DNA of 64,000 nucleotides from Octopus sinensis (Eukaryota). The first letter of the stretch is position 1. The number at the start of each line of letters is the position of its first letter. Position numbers and translations under genes: made by a program. Below, piece after piece: positions 25,748-37,909 of the stretch. A model generated the notes under the pieces. It saw nothing but the letters and a program-made list of their open reading frames with translations, searched no databases and had not been told where the DNA came from. Location of the stretch: assembly GCF_006345805.1 (NCBI RefSeq), contig NC_043012.1, forward strand, positions 32,736,001 to 32,800,000. The letters are read 5' to 3'.

Positions 25748-26842
25748 CACTCCGGGGCAAAAAAGAGAAAAAGAAAAAGGAAAAAAAATGAGCCTGAGCA
25801 ATATTTATAGTTTTATTCAAGATAATTGAACAAAAGAAATAAATAGAAAGATCAAACTGTTTTTTTATGAACGTGAATCTGTAATTCTTTATTTCTTAAT
25901 ATGAGATAGCTCCACCAAGGGTATCTGTTAGTTTCAAATTTTGGCACAAGACCAGCAAGTTCGGGGAGTAAATCGATTTCATCGACCCAAGTGCTCAAAT
26001 GGCATTTATTTCATCAACCCCTTAAGGATGAAAGGCAAATTTGAACTCAGAGCGTAAAGACGAAATGTCGCTTTATAATTTCCCCGGGTATGTTAACGAT
26101 TCTGACAGCTCGCCGCTTTATTTCTCAAGAATATTGATGTTGTATTCCTTAAAACTGAAAGCCTTTTTGCATTGAATAAGCTCGCAGATAAGAATACTTC
26201 CCACACCATGATACCATCACATTCATGCTTAACAGTCCAAACCATTCTGTCTCAAAGTTTCTGTATTCAACTGCAAAGCGCAATCTATCCTTGACGTTCT
26301 TCTTCAAGAGAGCAGGCTTCCTTGCATATCTTTTTGAAGATATTCCTTCAGCCTTCTCGTTATGGTGTTACAGGTGAAAGTCTTTCCATCACTAGTTTTG
26401 AATTATTTGCTCATAGTTGTCATGGTTACCTTCTTGGCTTGCAGGGCAGAACATTTCAGTCTAACGTTCTCTTTTTGTTGAAGATTTTGGACGACCAGGC
26501 CCCAGTTTTCTTGCGACAGAACTTGTCTGTTCGAAGCGCAGGCCAATAGGTTTGACAGTCGATAAGGACGTTTACACATTTTCTCTTTTCAAGATGACAA
26601 AAATATGTCGATAATATATAGTCTATCTCATTACTGCAATTCGTTTCTTCACCTTTTTTTAAAGATAGCAGCGAGTTTCTTTGGTGACGTAACACAACTG
26701 TAATTAAGATGATTTATTTTCTGTCAAACTTGAAAAAAAAAGAAAGAAAAGTCCATTGGAAAAATGTCAATTCCAGAAAAATGATAATTTCTAGAAAACA
26801 GCTTAGCTACAGCCAGGGGCTCATTTTGTTTTTGCCCAGGTG
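25748..26842 (-). mobile_element. Internally deleted Tc1-like element
   Basis: Imperfect TIRs CACTCCGGGGCAAAAAA..ATGAGCC / GGCTCATTTTGTTTTTGCCCAGGTG|TA, and TITRRLKE..YARKP.LLKKNVKDRLRFAVEYRN across frames. Confidence 0.7.
25931..26116 (-). mobile_element. Family A-related SINE inside a Tc1 element
   Basis: GGATGAAAGGCAAA..TTTGAACTCAGA. Confidence 0.7.
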
Positions 26843-26849
26843 TATACAA

Positions 26850-27335
26850 TCATGTATACATACAAGAGAAAGATGACGTCTATGGACCATTGATAAGGAG
26901 TTTACAAATCCAGTACCCAAGATACAGTTTCATACCCATTATCATCGGAGCAACAGGATACATACCTATTTCTTTACTACCCACAAGGGGCTAAACACAG
27001 AGGACAAACAAGGACAGACAAATGGATTAAGTCGATTATATCGACCCCAGTGCGTAACTGGTACTTACTTAATCGACCCCGAAAGGATGAAAGGCAAAGT
27101 CGACCACGGCGGAATTTGAACTCAGAACGTAAAATAAGACGAAATACCGCAAAGCATTTCGCCCGGCGTGCTAACGTTTCTGCCAGCATACATACCAACC
27201 CATAGGAGCAAAGACTGGCTGAACTCGGAATCTTGGAGATAGAGGGAGTGCCAATCCTTAATTCATAAGCTACAGATGATCACGATATCTGGAACTATAA
27301 AAATTGCAAGACTTTCTTAAGATTCAAAGGATGAT
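26850..27335 (+). mobile_element. 3' end of a restriction-like-endonuclease non-LTR element (R4/Dong/CRE type), split by a SINE
   Basis: KDDVYGPLIRSLQIQYPRYSFIPIIIGATGYIP and IHKLQMITISGTIKI..KTFLRF (one frameshift). Confidence 0.7.
26967..27187 (-). mobile_element. Family A SINE with 9 bp target site duplication
   Basis: ATACATACC at 26958-26966 and 27188-27196. Confidence 0.9.
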
Positions 27336-27490
27336 GGTTAAAACAAGATACTCTCCTTCACAACCTTGCTACCAAGAAGGTGGCCGGTCAACATTTATCC
27401 TAAATTAAGAAAGGAAAGAGAACATACATACATACATACATACACACACATGAAAGCATATACAAACACGTGTGTGTGTGTGGGGGGGGG

Positions 27491-27708
27491 GTTCTTGTTT
27501 CAGTCATTAGACTGTGGTCATTTCGGGGCACCGTCTTGAAGAATTTAAGTCGAACGTTTTTAATGTTTTTAAAGTCTAGTACTTATCCCATCAGTTTCTT
27601 TTGCCGAACCGCTAGTTACATGGACGTAAACACACCAACACCGGTTATCAAGTGGTGGTGGGTGACAAATACAGACACCCACACCCACATTCATGATACA
27701 TACACGGA
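27491..27708 (-). mobile_element. Family B SINE, 3' half
   Basis: TTGCCGAACCGCTAAGTTAC-like and GTTTCAGTCATT family motifs. Confidence 0.7.
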
Positions 27709-27849
27709 TATATATATATATATAATACAAAATAAGAAAATGGAGAAATACACCTTAATCAATAATCAACTACCAGATAGTACCCAATCACATAATTTAT
27801 TAAACCACTACCACAAATTTATAATTTTGCACTCACAACCCCTATCTCA

Positions 27850-27897
<48 letters not shown>

Positions 27898-27971
27898 CGT
27901 AAACATAAATCCGAAAAAAGAAGCACACAGAATAAATTATAGACCAGTATATATTAAAGTTAGATAAGGCT

Positions 27972-28045
27972 GGTTTTAGGGATTACCTTAGGTTTCACGC
28001 CCATAGAGAGCTTAGCTTTATGACGTATCATCAGATCCCAAAACC
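27972..28045 (-). ncRNA. Type I hammerhead ribozyme (HHR1), consensus core intact
   Basis: Minus strand reads GGUUUU-GGGAU-[CUGAUGA]-U-ACGUC..GGCGU-[GAAA]-CC-UAA-GG-[UA]-AUCCC-U-AAAACC. Stem I is 5+6 bp with a bulged U, stem II is ACGUC/GGCGU plus an extension, stem III is ACC/GGU. The GUA triplet predicts cleavage between 27984 and 27983. One extra U follows A9. Confidence 0.8.
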
Positions 28046-28126
28046 TGTTGGCTGAAGGCCTCTCTAGTATATATGGATAGATACACTGTTGCATATTACA
28101 TATTATAGAGAGGCTTTCAGTCAACC

Positions 28127-28200
28127 GGTTTTGGGATCTGATGATACGTCATAAAGCTAAGCCCTCTGTGGACGTGAAACCTAAGGTAAAACCATATACC
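28127..28200 (+). ncRNA. Inverted hammerhead copy with intact core but disrupted stem I (probably inactive in cis)
   Basis: CTGATGA at 28138-28144, ACGTC/GACGT stem II, GAAA at 28176-28179, CCTAAGGTA. The next bases are AAACC instead of ATCCC, so GGGAT cannot pair fully. Confidence 0.6.
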
Positions 28201-28423
28201 GATCTATTCTAACTTTAATATATATTTATGTATATATATATATTTCTACGACGAACTTGTTGGAAAACAAAGCTTCTTACCACATAGTCACGCCTGCGCC
28301 TAAATGCATACACGTATATACAGTTTTAAAATGTTTCTATAAATATAAAAACTGACCGTTAACTGCAAAGGGGCTCACTACAAGGGTAGAATATCACATT
28401 TCTAATACTTTTATTAATTGTGA

Positions 28424-28458
28424 AATGAGATTTCGCAACTGGTAGGCTTCGTCAGACG
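28424..28458 (-). ncRNA. Degenerate Penelope-type hammerhead motif
   Basis: Minus strand reads GT-CTGACGA-A-GCCTACCAGTTGC-GAAA-TCTCATTTC-AC followed by TTAATAAAA. Core motifs are present but the stems are eroded. Confidence 0.35.
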
Positions 28459-28529
28459 ACGAAACTTCGAAGTCATAATAAAAATTATACATATACACAA
28501 ACACGGATAATACCTACACACACACACAT

Positions 28530-28817
<288 letters not shown>

Positions 28818-28893
28818 CGTTTGTATTAAACATAAATTCGGAGAGGCACACTCTAAATTGTAGAGCAGTATATATTTTAATAGGGAAAGCCGG

Positions 28894-28964
28894 CTTATGG
28901 GATTACCGTGGATTTCCCGTCCGTAAAGGGTTTATCTTTATGGCGTATCGTCAGACCCCAAAAA
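28894..28964 (-). ncRNA. Type I hammerhead ribozyme (HHR2), paralogue of HHR1 with weaker stems II and III
   Basis: Minus strand reads UUUUGGGGU-[CUGACGA]-UACGCCAUAAAG..CUUUACGGACGG-[GAAA]-UC-CAC-GG-[UA]-AUCCCAUAAG. Stem I is UGGGGU/AUCCCA. Predicted cleavage is between 28904 and 28903. The base of stem II is non-canonical. Confidence 0.65.
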
Positions 28965-29044
28965 TCTGTTGGCCTATGACCTCTTCAAAATATGGAGAGG
29001 GGAGGGGTCCACCTCCATATATTGAAGAGGTTTTAGGCCAACGG

Positions 29045-29110
29045 GTTTTTGGGATCTGACGATACGCCATAAAGCTAAACCCTTCATGGACGGGAAGCCC
29101 ACCGTAAACT
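29045..29110 (+). ncRNA. Inverted degenerate hammerhead copy (GAAA to GAAG, stem I lost)
   Basis: CTGACGA at 29056-29062, GAAG at 29094-29097, GTA at 29104-29106. About 8 nt of the stem I 3' strand are missing relative to the left arm. Confidence 0.5.
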
Positions 29111-29160
29111 GGTCTACCCCATTAATATAATATAATATGTGTGTATGTGTATCTTTTTAC

Positions 29161-29580
29161 ATCTTTTACTTGTTTCAGTCATTAGACCGTGGCTATGCTG
29201 GGGCACCGCCTTGATATATATATATATATATATATACATTCTTTTATTCTTTTTCTTGTTTCAGTCAGTTGACTGTGGCCATGTTGGAACACCGCCTAGT
29301 CGAGGAAATCAACCCCAGGACTTATTCTTTGTAAGCCTAGTACTTATTCTATCGGTCACTTTTGCCGAACCGCTAAGTTGCGAGGACGTAAACACACCAG
29401 CATCGGTTGTCAAGCGATGTGGGGGTGGGGACAAACAGACACACATACATAAATATACGACGGGCTTCTTTCATTTTCCGTCTATCGAATCCACTCACAA
29501 GGCTTTGGTTAGCCTAAGGTGCCATGCAGTGGGACTGAACCCGGAACCATGTGGTTAGTAAGCAAGCTACTTACCAGAAC
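29161..29580 (-). mobile_element. Family B SINE with duplicated 3' end
   Basis: Two GTTTCAGTC tails plus the CORE-like head. Confidence 0.75.
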
Positions 29581-30587
29581 CACACACACACGTGTGTATA
29601 TATATATATATATATATAATCAGTTTAATTGGGCCAGTCCAGTTGCCTGTTACTCAGGAGTTTTCACCAAGTATTCTAAATTGATACTGAATACTTTTCC
29701 CTATCAGTATTAAGTATTTAATTATTTTATACGTAATACTATATCTATCCCATATATGTATGCATGAATGCATGTCTGTACGTATGCTTGTATATATTTA
29801 TGTATGCATGTATGTACGTGTGGGTTATAAATGTTTATAAATGTACATGGATGTGTGTATAACGTACGTGCAGAAATCCAAATATATGTATTATACTAGG
29901 TAAGTGAATTTTATTAGATATAAATAAATTAATAGGATTGTAAAAACCAAAGTAGCTATAATTTTTTCTTCTGTAAATCCAATGGGAATGTGTAAAGGTT
30001 TTTTGCAGTTATTCTCTGGCCAACAACTCCAATAATTTTATGACAACTTTTGCTGACGGTAACGAAAGAATGCCTATTTTCCCTTCGTGTCGTATTTCAT
30101 AGCAACAACGACTCCGACTGAGTATGCTTTACCACCACTTTCTACCACGTAGCTCTGTCCACTCCTTATCGCCACGATGCTCTCGATTGTCGGCAACTAC
30201 TATTTCTAATATCCCTATTTCCACCGCACTTAACTCCTCCATCATCTTACAATCGTTGTAACCACCACCACCAAACCAACTATGTGCTCCATGTCCACGT
30301 TCGTCACCCGTTAGGATTACTACCGACGCAACCACCACCACCGCCATCAAGTTTCCACACTTAAAGTAACTATCACCATCACCACCCTCATCACACAATG
30401 CGACTATCGCCACCACCACCATCATCACCTTTATCACGCTACAACACTGAGAGATTATCCTCATCAACACACGGCATGATAAATATTTTCCTTTGACCAC
30501 CACGACGACCATCACAAGTCCTCCTACCACTATTACTCTTTCCATTTACTCCCACCACCACACAACGCTTTTTGTTTCTCTCAACTT

Positions 30588-30627
30588 TACTACTACCACC
30601 ACTATTACTACTACTACCACTATTACC

Positions 30628-30662
<35 letters not shown>

Positions 30663-30696
30663 CACCACTATTACTACTACTACCACCACCACCATC

Positions 30697-30731
<35 letters not shown>

Positions 30732-30790
30732 CACCACCACCACCATCACTACTACTACTACCTCCACCACTACCGCCACCAATACCACCA
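30588..30790. repeat. (ACT/ACC)n trinucleotide tract
   Basis: Directly visible. Confidence 0.95.
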
Positions 30791-31361
30791 CGTCACAGTT
30801 CCGTCCTCTTCCTGTTCTCCTAACGCTTACCGTTACCACTCTGTCATGCCCAATGTGACTTTTGCAACTATAACACTCCTCCTCCCCTTCCCTCCCTCCT
30901 TCGTCTCTCTCTCTCTCTCTCCTCCTCGCCAATGCAGTGATCTCCCTTTCTTGTCTATTGTTGTTCAGTCAAACATTTCCAGCTAAACTCGTTAGCACTG
31001 CTAACCATTTCTCTGCATGGATTCTGTTTTTGCCTCTCTCTCTCTCTCTCCTTCATGGATTTTATAGACCAACTTCTGTTGTATCGTAAATTATAAAAAA
31101 AAACAAAACATATATATAGCTTTACCTCTAAAAAAAAATACATAACATAACACACAAACTCACCAACTATCTATTACATATATAACTTTTTTACGTATAT
31201 GAAAAAAAAAAATTAAGATGGAGAAAAATTAATTATTAAGCTGGCCACAAAACGTCGTCGCTGCAATATCCCTCGCCCGTGCTTCTGTCGTGGAAACTGG
31301 AGAAAATATTTAAGCAAAGACATCCCAACGTATTCTTTCTTCGTTTGTGTTTTTTTCTTCA

Positions 31362-31396
31362 TGACGTCATTATGACGTCAGTGTAAATATGGCGGC
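31362..31396 (+). promoter_or_regulatory. Tandem CRE palindromes plus a YY1-like motif in a CpG-richer patch
   Basis: TGACGTCA at 31362-31369 and 31373-31380, followed by AAATATGGCGGCC. Confidence 0.6.
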
Positions 31397-31405
31397 CATC
31401 GAGAG
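31389..31405 (+). CDS. Candidate first coding micro-exon (MAAIE + AG), gene unidentified
   Basis: AAT-ATG-G start context and donor AG|GTAGGT. No downstream exon could be confidently linked. Confidence 0.3.
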
Positions 31406-31554
31406 GTAGGTTCGCTCGGCTCTCTCTCTCTTCTCTGCATTCTATGTTTTATTAAGTGTTGCTTAGCAGCTTTTCAGAAACAAAAAGATACTTTTTCTCA
31501 ATAGCAGTTGCATCGATTTCGATTTGTTTTGCATAAATTAAAAAAAAAATCCAA

Positions 31555-31750
31555 TATATATGTGTATATATATATATATGTATATGTCTATATATATATA
31601 TATATGTCTAATATATATATATATATATATATGTCTAATATATATGTGTCTAATATATATATATATGTGTCTAATATATATATATATGTCTAATATATAT
31701 TATATATATGTATGTATGTATGTTTAATATACCTATATTATATATGTGTG
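31555..31750. repeat. (AT)n-GTCTA tandem minisatellite
   Basis: Repeated ATATATATGTCTA units. Confidence 0.9.
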
Positions 31751-32317
31751 TGTATGTATTTGTTATATTTGTTGGATATTTAAATTGGAAAGGGACTAAA
31801 CACATTACTCCAGGTCGTACTCATCCTGCAGGCATGATCAAAGGCGTTCTGGCCGTGACAAACCCATTTTTTTGTGTGTATATATATATATTTGTTTAAG
31901 TCGTTAGTATGTTATTTGCGGGGAACTTGGTTGCTATTTTCAACACATCAAGTAAACTATGTAAGCGGCTCCCCATGTTGGTGTATGAGTAAAACCCATC
32001 GAAATATTTCGTGCTGATAAAGTAATTCATGTTATGTCCAACTCGTCAGTTAGGACCCAGCTGATAATAAATGGCATAAATGAAAATTGTTGCTTGTGGT
32101 GCAGTTTTTTTACTGTTATTTCTATTTCGACTATAAAACAAAGAAAAAGAAAATTATTTAATTTGTAATTAAGCTTCCCCAAACTTTTTGTTGGCTACAT
32201 GTAGTTGATAAATACATATATATATATATATTTCAATGCCCCGATTGTTGGGCAAAAGAATCAATTATACTTTCCTTTCTCAAACTCTTTACGACTTGGT
32301 TTATTCTAAGCATGGCA

Positions 32318-32358
<41 letters not shown>

Positions 32359-33016
32359 TCTCTTTCTCTTTACTGTATATATAATATATAATAATATATA
32401 TATAATAATAATAATATTAGGGAGTATGGCTCCAAACTTACAGGGAGAAATTAGATTTAGTATTAAATCAAATTTCACAGTATAAATATATATATTAGTT
32501 GCCTAATAGTGGTTTTATCTCTAATTCATATTATATATATATATATTTACACATACGCGTGTGGTAATTGCCATTCGTGTATCGTGTTTTCAAATATACA
32601 CGTAGCGACTGTTGATTTCTTTTTTCCGTATTTTAATTTTATCTTATGTTCTCCATTCGAAATTGATAAAATAATTTCTCCATATTGTTTATTGTCGTAA
32701 ACATTTTGTTTTAGTTTCAGAACACTTGATCGATTATTACAATAGGCGTAATTCAACTTTTGGGACCATCACAGTACTTGATAGGCGTTCGATAGATAGA
32801 TCTCTCCCTGATATCGATCGCTAATGATTTCTATATTGTATAAAATGCCTTACAACATTTCTTAAAGTCACTTTGCTTTGCCGAGTTCAAATCCTACCTT
32901 GGTGGACGTTGACTTTCAAACTTCGTTGAATTTAATGGATCAAACCCGTCTGTTCTTTCGGGCTTGACGAAACAAACACAAGCCAAATTCTGGTGTCAAT
33001 ATAAATTGCTCCTAGA

Positions 33017-33216
33017 GGTGGCGAGCTGGCCGAATGGTTAGCACGCCGGCGAAAATACTTAGCGGCATTTCGTCCGTCTTTGTATTCTGAGTTCGTATTC
33101 TGCCGAGGCCGACTTTACATTTCATCCTATCGGGGTCGATAAAATAAGTACCAGTTACGCACTGGGGTCGACGTAATCGACTACTCCTCTGCCCCGAAGT
33201 TGCTGGCCTTGTGCCG
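33017..33216 (+). mobile_element. Family A-related SINE with alternative tail
   Basis: GGCGAGCTGGCCGAATGGTTAGCACGCC head and GCTGGCCTTGTGCC tail. Confidence 0.8.
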
Positions 33217-34888
33217 ATCTGAGAGAAATTCTCATGTTATTCGTAACTTACGTGTTGCATTAATCACTTTCTTTTTTGTAGTGAGCAAACAAAATGTTTC
33301 GAAGTTATATGCTAGCAGGACAAAAAGCTGACTTCGAATATATATATTTTTTTATAATTAGGGTTCAGCAAAGATTTGCTTTACCACATACCGAAGTTTA
33401 GAAATAGCAGCCAGAGAATTTGGTGAAATTATTGATTACTAGTTAGTTAATTAATTAATTTTACCCTTTGTTATTATATACACATACACACACACACATA
33501 TATATATCATTGTGTGTGTGTATGTGGCTTGTTCGTTTTCGGATTCTTCGACATGTAGCCGGTCCCTCTAGGCATAACACACACACACGTACATAATTAA
33601 GACGTATTTTTAGTGCCCGAGTTAATTGTACATCCGTTTCGTGTTAAAGTTATTTTTCTTGTGGTGCTTTATCACTCTTCCGTACATCTATGTACAAAAC
33701 CCATTTACACAAAACAAAACATGTTCTACATACACAATACATGATTCATTTTTAAAATATCAAATATTGTAAGCCATTACCGAATATTAAAAGTGACGGA
33801 AGTAAAACGAAATAATTTATAATTCGAGTTGTCAAATGTAACAAGTGCGCCGGAGAAAATGCCTTGCGGTATTTAATCACATCCCTTTTATGCTTTAAGT
33901 TTAGATCCCTCTGGGTTAATTCTACTTTTCATCTCTCCTAAGTAAAAAAACAAAAATGTGCCCTTCTACCAAGGTTAGAAACCGTCGTAGTGTTAAGGTT
34001 TATGTTCGTAAAACAAATTCACGAAGTTGTGTTGTATTAAGGAAAAGTTATAGGATTACAGATCTATGATGGATCGATTGACCAAACGCGTCAGATCGCT
34101 TGAAATATTTTCATTTTCTTTTTTCGTGATTATTTTTATATCGATTATTCGTTTTGATTGAAATATACGATGGTTTTTTTTTTTATATTTTTAGTACAAA
34201 ATCAAATCTGCTTTATCGAACAGATCTATGATCTCAGATGTTTGACCCCCTTTATTTTGTGTATCTAGAACTACTGTGTCTTTGTTTATTAAAATCTTAG
34301 GATTAAATGTAGATCGCTAATAATTAATTAAACGTTATTTATGTTTTTCTTTATTTAAACAGAATTTTCCATTTTGTGAGTTTCATGATCGGGGATTTAT
34401 TTTGCGTATTTTAAACTAAATTGCCAATATCGTTATTTATCGAATAATACATCAATACATCAACGTCGCAATAAATTTGTAGATAGGTATTCAATGAAGA
34501 TATCTTTATTAGTAAATATTGTTCAACCTGGATGATTCTCTCTCTCGTTTACTTTGGTAACAATTTAAGAACGCTTTATTTCAATTATTTCATTTAACTT
34601 GAAGAGTTTAGAAGTTAGACATCAACCAAAACTTAATAAATATATCTTTTGCATCTTTCTTTCTTGTCAATTTAACTTCTTACGTAGTATAAAAATGTTT
34701 TGTGTTAGATTTTCGTCATTTGGATTAGCTGAAAATATGCAATGAATATAGCTAGTCCCTTTCCCCAAAATTTCAGACCTTGTGTCTATAGTAAAAAGGA
34801 TTATTATTGTCCCTTTATGTTTTAATTAATTTTTGTCAGCCCTTGTGGCCAATAAACGAATTAATTATTATTATTATAATTATTATTC

Positions 34889-35100
34889 AGGCAGCGAACC
34901 GGCAGAATCGTTAGCACGTCGAGAAAAATGCTTAGCGGCATTTTGTCCGTCCTTACATTCCGAGTTCAAATTCCGCCGAGGTCGACTTTGCCTTTCGTCC
35001 TTTCAGGGCTGATAAATTAAGTTTCAGTGAAGCATTGGTGTCGATGTAATAGACTTGTCCCCTCCCCGCAAATTTTAAGCCTTGTGCCTTTAGTAGAAGG
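34889..35100 (+). mobile_element. Family A-related SINE with alternative tail
   Basis: GAGTTCAAATTCCGCCGAGGTCGACTTTGCCTTTC. Confidence 0.8.
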
Positions 35101-36082
35101 GATTATTATTATTATTATTATCATCATAATTAAGGGAAATGATCAAATTAGTTGGACTTTCTCATTCAACATTTCTTTTCCTTCCTTCTTTCATCAAGAA
35201 GACCTTTTTTAAAACTTTAATTGTAGATTTTCATTAAACGTAGCTAGAAGTTTAACAAATGCTTGATCTGACAGCATTCGGTTATAAATTACATGATTTA
35301 TATAAAATATTCTCACAGAAATGTAAAACATTCTCAGAAACGTTACCCCCCACCTCGTAGTGACATCTAAAGGGGCTATTGACCTTTCTTCCTTTAAAGT
35401 AGCTAATTCCTAAAATACAAATTATTCAGTTTAGTTGGATGTTGTTTTTATGTTTAGTCTTTTATGAATAATAGCACCGTTTGGTTACAGCTTCACAAGC
35501 CAGCAGGCTGTTTGCTGCTTCGCTGCATTTCTGATCATCTCTGGGAAGGGAGTGTCTATGCTACTATCATACAGAATATTTTTGTCCTGTGCACAGGATT
35601 AAACAGCATCCTTGTTGATGTGTATATCTTTCACACACACACACAAGTAATGAAGTATTCAAGAATTGTGTCCATTCACGAACAATTTGAGAGATGAAAC
35701 CGATTCTATAACATTCCTTGCGTTGTTCAGCTACGTTGTTTATTTCACTTGTAATATTAGGTAAACATTGTGTACAATTAATTTTAAATAATTACGTGTG
35801 TGTGTGTATGTGTGTAATTATGATGATGATCATTACTGTCGTCATTTAAAACACCCTCATTTCCATGGTTGTTTAGACAGAATTCATTGAAGCTGCTTTT
35901 CATGACCAAATGTCCTTCCTCTCACTAATCCTCATCTGTTTCCAAGCAAGGTGTTTGTTTCCTTTGGACGTTCACACAGAAAATTGGAAATGAAAGCCTC
36001 CCACTTTTATATGATGTTGATATTCATTTACAACTATTAGGTGATGTCAAGACAAGGAGACACGAACGCATGTGCACACACA

Positions 36083-36212
36083 CACACACACTATGGGCTT
36101 CCTCCAGTTTCTATCTATCTACCAAATCCACTCACAAGCGAAATACACTTGCTTGAAGTCGATTGAACTTGAAACCATGTGTTTTGGAAGCAAATATCTT
36201 AACCACACAACC
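36083..36212 (-). mobile_element. Family B SINE, 5' part
   Basis: Inverted relative to 36280-36680. Confidence 0.65.
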
Positions 36213-36233
36213 ATGCCTCCACTTATGACTGTG

Positions 36234-36279
<46 letters not shown>

Positions 36280-36280
<1 letters not shown>

Positions 36281-36680
36281 GGTGCAAGCATGGCTGTGTG
36301 GTAAGAAGCCTGCTTCCTAACCACATGATTCTGAGTTCAGTCCCACTGCTTGGCACATTGGGCAAGTGTCATTTACTATAGCCTCAGGCCAACCAAAGCC
36401 TTGTGAGTGGATTTGGTAGGCAGAAACTGAAAGAAGCCCGTCGAATATGTATGTAAATAGGTATATACCTGTGTGTGTGTGTTTGTCCCTCCATCACCAC
36501 TTGACAACCAGTGTTGGCATGTTTACATCCCCATAACTTAGTGGTTTAACAAAAGAATCCAAGAGAAAAAAATACTTGGCTTAAAAAATAAGTCCTAGGA
36601 GTTGATTTGTTTGATTAAAATCCTTCAAGGTGATGCTCCGGCATGATCACAGTCAAATAACTGATACAAGTAAAAAGAAT
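36280..36680 (+). mobile_element. Family B SINE, near full length
   Basis: GGTAAGAAGCCTGCTTCCTAACCACATG..GGCACATTGGGCAAGTG..GACTGATACAAG. Confidence 0.8.
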
Positions 36681-36685
36681 ATATA

Positions 36686-36740
<55 letters not shown>

Positions 36741-37524
36741 AGATAAGAAAATGGATAAATACATCTAAATCAAATATCAATTACCAGGTAATACTCAATC
36801 ACATACTTTATTAAACCACCACATAAGAGACTGTAGGGTTAAATATAAAAAGCAGAACAAGTCAGTGTACATAAAGGAATGTACATAAAAGAGTAATGTT
36901 GTATAATAATTAGAATATATATAAAAAAGAATATATATATATATACACACATACATATCTAAAATAAGTTGCAAAAATTAAAAGAAAACTCACAAGACAT
37001 GAATGTACTCTTTTCTCGTCAGTTATCATCCAAAAAATCATTTCAATTTCACACTTCAATAATATTGTTCGTTTTTGGTGGTTTCAGCAGTGAAAAGCTG
37101 ATGAGAATTAGTGAATGAATGCTGAGTACTGTGACAATAAAGAAAAAAAAAAGAAGCAACATATAAATGTGAATATGCAATGTATGTACATACATACATA
37201 TCTGTGAAATAGGAAAGTAAGCATTATGTCTTAAGTATCTATCTTATGGAGTGGGATAATAAATTGGTTCAAATGGAAGAGATTTGATGGACAGTGGCTA
37301 GTATTTAATTTGGGGTAGCAGTGTAAGAGGAGGAGATTAGGGATGGAGTTAAAGAAAGGAATAGAGTAGTTGCAGGGAGGTACTATGAATATACAAAGGT
37401 TTGGAAGTTTACATTGGTCGGGGAAGCTGGAAACACCAACTTTTTCTCAGCATAAAAGCAAAGATGTACATACAAAGGTACACACACACACACATATATC
37501 TATAATATATTTTATGATTTATCA

Positions 37525-37832
37525 ATTACTTGTTACAGTCATTAGACTGCAGCCATCCTGGGGTACCACTTCAAAGGTTTTTTAGTTGAACAAATCAGCC
37601 CCAGTGCTTATTTTTTAAAGCCTGAAACTTATTCTGTCAGGTTCTTTTGCCAAACCACTAAGTCACAAGGATGTAAACAAACCAACATTGGTAGTAAAAT
37701 GGTGGGGAGTCAAGCACAAACACAAAGAGATGCACAACATATATTCAACAGGCTTATTTCAGTTTCCATCTAACAAATGCACTTGCAAGCTTTTGGTCAT
37801 TGCAAAGCTACAGCAGAAGATACCTGCCTAAG
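37525..37832 (-). mobile_element. Family B SINE
   Basis: Homologous to the other family B copies. Confidence 0.7.
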
Positions 37833-37866
37833 GTGCCATATACATACATACATACATACATACAAC

Positions 37867-37905
<39 letters not shown>

Positions 37906-37909
37906 TATA

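Larger units (their letters stand above)
27948..28224. repeat. Foldback unit 1 (long inverted repeat carrying hammerheads)
   Basis: Inner arms 27984-28066 and 28106-28188 are near-perfect (6 differences). Outer arms 27948-27964 and 28208-28224 are a perfect 17 bp match. Confidence 0.9.
28872..29128. repeat. Foldback unit 2, homologous to unit 1
   Basis: Inner arms are 28904-28997 and 29013-29106. It shares a ~55 bp left flank (AAACATAAAT..GCACAC..AAATT.TAGA.CAGTATATATT) with unit 1. Confidence 0.9.

Noticed and set aside
27948-28224. Foldbacks as ordinary MITEs or canonical pre-miRNAs
   Set aside because: No superfamily-type TIR or target duplication, shared sequence extends beyond the hairpin on one side, the arms are longer than pre-miRNA stems, and neither model explains the complete hammerhead layout.
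30129-30932. Thr-, Val- and Leu/Pro-rich ORFs resembling a mucin
   Set aside because: Trinucleotide repeat open in several frames on both strands, with no supporting non-repetitive domain.
35491-35600. Second exon continuing MAAIES-FTSQQAVCC
   Set aside because: Weak acceptor, no good donor before the in-frame stop, and no recognisable protein. Candidates near 41005 and 52275 were equally unsupported.
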